From the human T2T-CHM13v2.0 reference genome, Homo sapiens, in NCBI RefSeq assembly GCF_009914755.1, contig NC_060934.1: 64,000 nt of DNA. One strand, written 5' to 3'. The position numbers and the translations under genes are program-made. Position 1 is the first letter of the stretch; the number at the start of each line of letters is the position of its first letter. The notes under the pieces are model-generated. The model was not told the origin of the DNA, did not search any database, and was given only the letters and a program-made list of their open reading frames with translations. Positions 48,947-64,000 of this stretch are shown here, in pieces.

Positions 48947-49734
48947 CTAAACATTGAATTGCAGATGATTTTTCTATTTACCCTTTTCTGTGTTTTCTAA
49001 TTTTTTCATTGAGACTAATTTACTTTCATATTCATAAAATGATTAATAGATCTTATACTTGCAGAGTAAGTACCAGAATAGAGCAAAGTATAAGGAAACA
49101 TTACTTAGTCAATTTCAAAAGAAATAGCATATTGCCAAACAGTGCCACCTCGTACAAAGTTTATTTTTCAGATTAATATTTAAACTTCCATCCTATTTTA
49201 CAGTTTATAAATCAACACACATTAAAATATCTGTGAACTAAAACACCTAAAGGTGCTACCTTCGAAACTCATGTTCATAGATTCTAACTCCTAGGTGGCT
49301 TCTCAACATCAGATGTGGGAAGGCACTGTGTCCTGTGTTTTGTGTAGTACTGAGTACACTGTCACAGCTCAAAAGACAATGAATAATGGTATGAAGTGAT
49401 GTAACTTTCTTTTAAAAGATTGAAGTCTCTTGTATTGAAATTCAAAAGGAATTATAGTTATTCTTTTTAGAATCCAGTATGTAATAATGGAATAAGTTAC
49501 TTAAAGACTTTATTGGATCTCATGGGGATGTTTTTTCCCTTTGGCTTTGTAAGAAAACAAATCTGTGATAAGAATAGCATTCTTAGTATAATGGGTAGGG
49601 GGGCATGGGTGTAGATGAAATAGATAATTGAGGTCCTATTTTTACATAATTCTATATTATTCATGTATAAATACAACTATAAGGTTACAATTATCTTTTT
49701 GGATTATAATTTTATATTATTATAATAGTTTTGA

Positions 49735-50094
<360 letters not shown>

Positions 50095-50751
50095 TAAGAG
50101 TATCAATATAATTATTTCTTTTTATTCTTAATACCTGCATCTAGCAGAATTACATTTAGTTTTTTAAAAGAGATTTATTGCTATTTGAAAAAGAGAGAAA
50201 AGTAAATTATTTGCAGATCATTTAATTGTCTACTGGAAAATCCAAGAGTATTTATGGTAATACTATTTGAACTAACAGAGTATGGTCTGAAACAAAAACA
50301 TACAAAAATCAATAGCTACTTACACAGCAAAAGTAGTCTGTTAGAAAATATGAGGGGAAAAGACCCCATTTACAATATCATGAAAAGCTACAAAATACCT
50401 CAAAATATCCATAAAGTATAAAAGCACTGTACTTCACTAGAATGAGCTATCTAGATTTGAATATTCGATGGTAAGTTGTATAAAAGATGAGGACTGAATT
50501 ATATTTAGTTTTGAGCACCTTCAAATTTATTTTTATTTTATGTAAACATTTATATAATTTTAAGAGCCTTATTAATAGATGGATTAAACAGTATTAAACT
50601 TGTACAGCACAATATTAAACACATTTGTCATAGGTCTCTTGAAATTATTTGATAAGACTGCCACCTACAGGTGGCAAGAAAAGCAGAGGGGCACTGAAAT
50701 GTATTTACCACTGACCATGTATCATCATCAGGCATTACATTAAGAAATCTG

Positions 50752-53046
<2,295 letters not shown>

Positions 53047-53061
53047 AAAAATGAAGATAAT

Positions 53062-53436
<375 letters not shown>

Positions 53437-53544
53437 TCAGGAGAGGGTCCAAGCATCTTAATAGGCATGTACGACCATTCATGTCTCTGCTACCATCTTG
53501 CTCCTTATTGCCTTAGTGTGAGCTTCCCATTGACATCAAAATCT

Positions 53545-54247
53545 TTTTTTATAACTTTTACTTTAGACTTGGGGTACATGTACAGGATTGTTACATAGGT
53601 AAACTCGTGAACTAATTTACACTCCCACCAGAAGTGTATAAATGTTCCCTTTTCTCTGCAACCTCATCAGCATCTGTTATTTTTTGACTTTTTAACAGCC
53701 ATTCTGACTGGTGTGAGACGGTATCTCATTGTAGTTTTGATTTACATTGCTCCAATGATTAGTGATATTGAGCATTTTTTCATATGCTTGTTGGCCACAT
53801 GTATATCTTCTTTTGAAAAGTGTCTGTCCATGTCCTATGCCCACTTTTTAATCGGGTTGTTTTTTGCATGTATATTTGTTTTTTTTTTTTTTTGGATACA
53901 GAGTCTCACTCTATCCCCCAGGCTGAAGTGCAGTGGCATGATGATCTCAGCTCATTGCAACCTTCACTTCCTGGGTTCAAGCGATTCTCCTGCCTCAGCC
54001 TCTGGAGTAGCTGGATTTACAGGTGCATGCCACCACGCCCAGCTAATTTTTGTATTTTTAGTAGAGATGGCGTTTCGCCATGTTGGCCAGGCTGGTCTAG
54101 AACTCCTGACTTCAGGCAATCCACCTGCCTTGGCCTCCCAAAGTGTGGGGATTACAGGCGTGAGCCACTGGCCCGGCCTCAAGTTTCTTGCATATTCTGG
54201 ATATTTGACCTTTGTTAGATGTATAGTTTGCAAATATTTTCTACTAA
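53545..54247 (-). mobile_element. Old primate L1 (L1PA/PB) 3' fragment with nested AluS (53878-54178, -)
   Basis: Reverse L1 3' end and ORF2 tail. TSD acatcaaaatcttt at 53533 and 54248. Confidence 0.85.
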
Positions 54248-55149
54248 CATCAAAATCTTTCTTTTGCTTAGGTAGTTTGGCCTGGAATATAGAGGTTCCT
54301 ATATGTCTATCTTTTAATATTGTTTAAGATAATTTTAATACCTAATCACATCTTCCCTTTGGAGTTTTAAAGTGAATGTCAAAATTATAAGAGCAGATTG
54401 TGATTAATTAATACATTACCTCAAGAAGAAAAAACTAGTGAGAACACACAACTTATATAAAAACATTATCTTTAAAAGACATTGGAAATTGTATTTCCTG
54501 TTTACTTTGTGTTCTTGTTTAAATGTCAAAGAGAGAAAAACCCTAGTGAATTTAAATTGTGTGTCTATGTGTTTCTTTGGCTATATAATTTTCAAGGCCC
54601 TATGGAATACAAAAATAAGAAGCGTCTTGCTCAAAAATTACTAAAAATTTCAACATGGTAACAGAACAGCATTAACCTAGGTGTGGACCCTTCTGAGTGC
54701 AGGGCCCTGAGTGCACAGGTCACATTTCCCATGAATCATTTTATTTTTCTCTCCAACTTAATTGGTTCAGAATTGAGGTTTCTCTAAGGGAAATTCCTTT
54801 TTGTTTACACTAGAAGCATGTGAATGACTTAAAATTCATGATGTGTTGAGATCTTGCTAAATGGACCTACTAAATAATAAGAAAATAAAGCTTATAAGAA
54901 CGTGGACTTTGCAGTCAATTCAAAATCTGACTTCATGGTTGCCTTGGAAGACTCAAGGGTTGGCTTCAAGGACACACAAATGCCCTAAAATTGTAATTAA
55001 AATTATATGTATTTGTAAATGCATTTTTCAGGGAAGAACTTTTATCTGATTCTCAAAGGGATCAGTAACCCCAAAAAGCTTTAAAAACACTGTTCTATGA
55101 AATTATTTATCCTTTTTAAAAAAAAATCTGCCAAATCATGATCTGCTTT

Positions 55150-55813
<664 letters not shown>

Positions 55814-55969
55814 TCAATATATAAAAAGGAAAAACCATGAAAAGAGAAATACAGAATACATGAAGACCCCAATCAGAGAAATGAAATCTAAAAGGAACCC
55901 TTACACTCTAGCTGCTACCATCAGAAAACTTGAGAGATAGTAAAATTGACCTTTCATTGCAGTATGCCT

Positions 55970-56476
<507 letters not shown>

Positions 56477-56901
56477 TCAGTATTCTTATAAGCTTTATTT
56501 CCTTCTTGATTATTTAGTAGGCCCACTTAGCAAGATACTGATACATCAGATAACTTTCATTTAATAGATATCAAGAATAAAGAAGTAGAATAAGGAACAG
56601 ATAATTTATCCTTTCAGACAACTTTTTCCTTTGGCTTCCTGGACACCACTGCTTTGTGGTTCCCCTACCTCCTGCTGGCTGCTCCTTCTTCTTTCTGTGG
56701 GATTCTCCTCTTCTCCTTCTCAGGTCTTGATCCTCTTCTTCCCTCCATCCATGAGGCTCCTTGGGTAAACCAATCCAATCCCATGACTGTTAATACTGTT
56801 CATATGTTGATGATTTTCAAATTTATATTTCCAGCTTGGACCTTTCCCTTGAACCCAGATTCTATATTCAGCTGCTTTATCAATGTCTCTATGTGGAGAT
56901 C

Positions 56902-57620
<719 letters not shown>

Positions 57621-57656
57621 CTTTATGCTGCACTTTATGCTGATAGTGCAGCATAA

Positions 57657-58025
57657 TTGACAGTGGCCCCAGCTCCTGCACCTGAAATCTTGATCCCTGT
57701 GTTCTTGCTGAGGCTGGGTGTCCCAAAGGCTACTCCCAGCTAATGACTTGAGTGTGGCAGGAACACAGGAGCAGGCCCATTACTGGGAGATGGGAGACTC
57801 CTCTGATGGGTAGTTTGGGCTCAAGGACTCCCTACTGGCCTTGCCAAACTTTCACAGAGCTGTACTGTAGTCTCCAAGTCTCCCGTCCATCCTTTTGCCC
57901 TCCCTCTGTCTATTACCAGGGTCAGACCTGCATTGCAGTCTGAAAGCTCTCAAACCCTATTCTGGCACCCTCTCCATCTCCCCTCACAGGTGTTCCTCTT
58001 AATAAATCTCTTGCACATCTTCTAG
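57657..58025 (+). mobile_element. LTR16A-like ERVL LTR
   Basis: ggcccattactgggagatgggagactcctctgatggg..ctcaaggactccc..aataaatctcttgcacatct. Confidence 0.75.
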
Positions 58026-58049
58026 TTAGTTGGACTGCTTCTGCAGTTA

Positions 58050-58532
58050 CAGTCCTGTAGTCTCTTCACGCAGCAGCCAGAAGTGATCAAGCTAAAACCA
58101 AATTCCTTTCCATCTCCTGTAGGCACCATGCAGTCTGGCCGCTGCTTCTCCATGGATCCCATCTCCTCTTGGACTCTGCTGTGGCTACACAAGTCTCCTG
58201 GATGTGTCTGGACCTACTAGGTTTGGTTAACTTGCCTTTGCACTAGTCTTCCTCTCCGGAATATTTCTGTCCCAGATACATACATAGCTTGACCCCTCTA
58301 CTTATTCGTGTTCGCTATCCTCTTACCCTGCTTCATTTTCTCTTCACTACATTTAGTCACCATTTGATATATTATATCTCTTTTGTTTATTGATTCTCAT
58401 CCCCAATTACAATGCAAGTGCCATGAAAACATAGACTTCGTATGTCTTATTTATTCCCATATGCCCAACAACCAAAAAATGTACCTGGCACATAATAAGT
58501 ACTCAGTAAGTTTTGCTGAATGAATGAATGAA
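58050..58532 (+). mobile_element. L2 3' end
   Basis: Ends cctggcacataataagtactcagtaa..tgaatgaatgaatg. Confidence 0.75.
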
Positions 58533-59511
58533 TTTTTACTAAGAACCATTTATAGGTTCATTTAAAAAATCAAAGGAATTTACAAATGTAAGTTTGATTA
58601 TGAACATCTGAGGTTTCTGAAAAATGAGATACAACTAGAAAAATGAGTAACATCAGTAATTGAGGATACATATTTGTGTTTTTTGGGGTTTCTTGATGCT
58701 GATGTTTTTTAATGCTGAAATTTTGTAAAATAAAATTCAAACTACATACTAATCACTAACCTTTTTAATATAAAATAGTACTTTATCTAAAGCAAGCTTG
58801 ACCCACAGTTAATTAGCTGGATCATAGCCAGGAAAGTGCTAAAATGTCAAGGAAGTGAAAATTGTCTTTCTTTGACTCTCAGGAGTACAAGTAAAACCAG
58901 GGAATAGCTGGCAAATCTATTTTTTTCAAGTATAGTGAGAAAAAATACAGGAAAACATTCAAGAATCTCCCTAATGCTGAGAATATATGACAGCAAATTA
59001 ACTTCCTGGCTGTAATGAGGAATAATTGGACATACATCTGAATTTTTATGAGATTTAAGGAAATTGAAAGCTTGAACACACTTGAGATTAATTTTTTAAA
59101 AAACTCCATGTTCTAATGAAACTTAAACCGACCCTCTCACTTTTCTAGTTCTATTTTTAAGGAAGAAAAAAATAAAAATATCATATAATCACATTTTTTA
59201 AAAACTGAGACCCAGATTATAAATCAAAGGGTCACACAAACATTCTTTGACCTAATAGTCATGCGCATACAAATGGTAGCGTCTATGGCATGCAAATAGA
59301 AGACACAAAGTGCCTTTCTGGCAGTCTGCCCTTCTCTGAATATTACATTTAGAGGGAATAGGCAGAATGCAGACACTAGACCCTGTCACTCATTCACCGC
59401 ACAAAAAGGTCAGACTTACATTGAAGTGCTTAAGTGGGATAACTAATACCAGGTCCACTATGCCATCCTTGTCAAGTGGTCAAAAGAAGCCTAGTAGAAA
59501 TTACACTTCTG

Positions 59512-59810
<299 letters not shown>

Positions 59811-60231
59811 AGAAATTACATTTCTGGTTTTACCACTCAGTGGTCGCACAAACCTGAATTAATCCTCTCAATTCTTCCAGAAATTGTGGCAAAAAGATAT
59901 AAGCCTGCCTTAGAAATACTTGCATATTACTATATGGTAGGGATGTAAAATTACTTATCATACTAAATATTATTCCATATTCCATGAGAAAGCATGTCCT
60001 TGTTTTTATTTTATTTTGCCTATAAAAAATCCAAACTATGACCTATTCAGTATTTTCAGGTAGTTATTACCACCTCCTGAATTTATGGGCATCCACTACA
60101 AAAGGAGGCCAAGATATCCTCAGATATGTGTGATCTTACAGAACCTTGACTTGAGAGGCAGGAGCCCTGTGTTCTCACTTCATGTTGGCCACTAACTAGC
60201 TTTGTGACTTTGGGTAAGCTTCAAAATTTTT

Positions 60232-60737
60232 CAGTATTATTTATCTATTGCTGCTTAACAAATTACCCCAAGCATAGAGGCTTAAAACAACAAACATATT
60301 ATCTCACAGTTTCTGTGGGTTGGAAATTCAGGAGTGGCGTAACAGGTCCCACAGGGCTCAGGGATTCTCAAGAGGTTGCGATAAAGATGTCAGCTGGAAC
60401 TGCTGTCATCTGAAGGCTTGACTGGAGCTGGGGGATCTACTTCTAAGCTCACTCACATGGTTGCTGGCAAGAGGCTTCAGTTCCTTGCCATGTGGGTCTC
60501 TCCAGGGTTGTTTGTGATATGTCAGTTGGCTTTCCCCAGAGTGAAGACCCAAGAGCAAGAGGGCAACTAGACAAGAGTGAACACTAGCCTTTAAACCTAA
60601 TCTCAGACATAACATACTTCTGCTGTATTCTACCCTTCACATAAACTGACCCTGGTACACTGCAGGAGGGTACTACACAAGGGTGTGAATACCATAAAGT
60701 GGGGCTCACTGGGGAATATCTTGGAGGCTGGCTACCA
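60232..60737 (-). mobile_element. MLT1 (MLT1F-like) MaLR LTR inserted in a MIR
   Basis: tattgctgcttaacaaattacccc..ggcttaaaacaacaaac..ctgtcatctgaaggcttgactgg..cttggaggctggctaccac. Confidence 0.82.
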
Positions 60738-60839
60738 CTCTCTGACCCCAGTTTCCTTATCTATAGAAGTCTTTGAACTACATGATCTTTAAGGTTGGTA
60801 ATCTCCTCCCTCCCCACTGCTACTCCCAGACCTTGCTTT

Positions 60840-61880
60840 TCCACTGTCATGTCAAAATTCCTACTCCTTTTAGCTTTAAGCCATTTGGCTATACCAACCT
60901 CCACCCCACCTTGTTGCTGTTACTTGTAGACTTCTGGGCCATGGGACAGTTGTTCTCCTCACTCCAAGTCCTGCCATCATCTTACGACCTGCATATCCTC
61001 ATGGGTGACCCATCCCAAACCGTGAACTTTCAGCTTCTTGACCTCATCATCTCTAATGCCTTTCCCATACACTCCACTTCAATACCCATCCTCCACATCA
61101 ACATCCTAAATTTGCCATCAACAAAACCGTCCAACTTCATAAACAATAAATCCAATCATCTCACTCTCTCACCATAACTTCCTATTCTTCCAATTATCTC
61201 ATCAACTATTCCCAAGAGATGGGTCCCCAGACGTTGTTGGAACCTCCAAAAAATTGTCACATCTACTTTCTCCATATCAACTCCCTCCTGTTTTCATTTC
61301 CACTTCATATTAGATTTTAAGTTCCATCACTTGAGCCACTTTCTGAATAGATTCTTCAACTCCTTTAACTCATAGTCCCTTCTTCATACCTGAATGGAAA
61401 AACCTTAGTTCTGATTGATTTCAAATGACTATCTTTCTATTACCTACAACCAGGTTACCAAAGGTTGCTGGAGAAAATCACATAACAGTATAGATTGGAT
61501 ACATAGTCATCAAATTCCAAAGCTGCCCACTAGTTCCACAGTCAATGTTTCCCTAGGTAGCACTCTTACACACACTTAGTGTCTCTCTCATTCAATGGGC
61601 TCAAAATTCCATTCCCTTGTATCTTCTCAGAAACTCTGATTTTTTTAACCCAGTGCAATCTCACTTCCACCTTCCTGTCTTTCCTGCAGTAATCCCTTCC
61701 TTATTTTATTCCTCTATTGATTTCCTCCTTTGAAAAAAACTATGCTATTCAATATGGTAGCCACTAGCCACATGTGGCTATTGAGCACTTGAAATACAGG
61801 AAGTCTCAACTGATAAATACTCAGCAAGTTTCAAAGACTTAATATAAAAAGGTAGATTAGCTCATTACATGTTGATTTAT
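60840..61880. mobile_element. L2 ORF-region fragment followed by a MER3-like MITE end (61740-61880)
   Basis: Pyrimidine-rich L2. MER3-like caatatggtagccactagccacatgtggctattgagcacttgaaat. Confidence 0.65.
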
Positions 61881-62177
61881 GGCCTTCTGGGGCTAAAGTG
61901 GGACAGGACAGTTAGATTGGCCTATAATTCCTAAATATTCCACTCTGTGACCTGGTATTATGAAGTTATCTTATCTACTTTATCTGAGTAACATAACACA
62001 TTTTTGTCCATATATACACAAGGTTAAATTTCTCACAAAGTTGAACTGACTATAAAAAAACTGTCATTATTTGTGAAGTAAAATAAATTACTTATTTGCT
62101 ATTTTACTATTAACTATGTCCACAAAGCAGGTAACTGTGTAATGACTATGTTACTATGTTTTTATCCAACGAAGTTA

Positions 62178-63187
<1,010 letters not shown>

Positions 63188-63259
63188 AGTACAGTATACA
63201 TTAAGTGCTTAAAATAGGCTCGGCACTAGCAATTATTATTGTATTACAGTCAGAAAACA

Positions 63260-64000
63260 TAGTGCAGGTCAATGTTACTCTCCTATGCTGGCATCTCTGC
63301 CTCTTCCCAGCCTCCAAATCTTGGAGTACCTCTGGGTCATTCCTTGAACCTCTTCTCTTCCTATGAAGGAATGTGATCACCTCTTCACTCCCTTGGTGAT
63401 GGCATCCAGTTCATGTAGTTAAAATTCCATTTAGGTCCTGACTACTTTCTCATTTATATTTCCACACTGACCTCTCCCATGAGCCCTAGGCTGGTATATC
63501 CAACTGCCTCTTCAGCATCTCCATCTGGATATCTAATAGGCATCTGACAGATTGAAAACAGAACTCTTGATCCCCCCCTCCAAAAATCCACTCCTTACCA
63601 GTATTTTCCACCATTCACAGTTGTTCAGGCCAAAAATCTTAGCATCATCCTTTGCCTTGCTCTTTCCTCATTCATATCCAATTTTTCAGCAACTCCCACC
63701 TGTTCTACCTTTGAAATATATCCAGAGTCCAACTGCCTATCACCACTTCCTCCACTAGTCAAGCCACCATCACTTCTTACTGAAATAATGTGAGCCCCCT
63801 ATCTGGACTCCCTGCTTCCATTCTTGCCTTTCCCACAGTCTATTTGCCACATGGCATCATCTGGAATGATTTTTTTTTTGAGACAGGGTCTCACTCTGTT
63901 GTCCAAGCTGGAGTGCATGCAGTTGCATCATCTTGGCTCACTGCAACCTCTGCTTCCCAGGCTCAAGTGATTCTCCAGGCTCAGCCTCCTGAGTAGCTGG
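63260..64000. mobile_element. L2 fragment and partial reverse Alu at the window edge (63870-64000)
   Basis: L2 motifs (catctccatctggatatctaataggcatct), then an Alu right arm. Confidence 0.8.

Overview
Hominid (human-like) genomic DNA, identified by roughly 40 Alu copies including AluY and one SVA retrotransposon. The central feature is a CpG-island promoter at ~31.85-32.85 kb. It holds a probable minus-strand first exon ending CACC-ATG-TCC-GCC-AGA-G|gtgagt at 32171. Positions 1-32 kb therefore look like the first intron(s) of a minus-strand gene whose main coding exons lie left of the window. I cannot name this gene reliably. Positions 33-64 kb are repeat-dense upstream/intergenic DNA (Alu, L1, L2, MIR, MaLR/ERV solo LTRs, hAT MITEs). 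The most notable details are: (i) a 5'-truncated SVA carrying a 46-nt MIR-like 3' transduction inside its target-site duplication; (ii) an ancient complex A-X-A'...X' templated duplication at 11.4-12.7 kb; (iii) candidate cassette exons that would turn the exon-1 ATG into a uORF; (iv) motif-dense candidate intronic enhancers (NF-kB/EGR/HRE and AARE/AP-1); (v) an unassigned ~1.3-kb mRNA-like relic interrupted by an MST LTR. No complete protein-coding sequence, structural RNA gene or CRISPR array is supported, and I see no convincing evidence of a wholly new biological system. Repeat subfamily names come from recognition by eye and boundaries are approximate.
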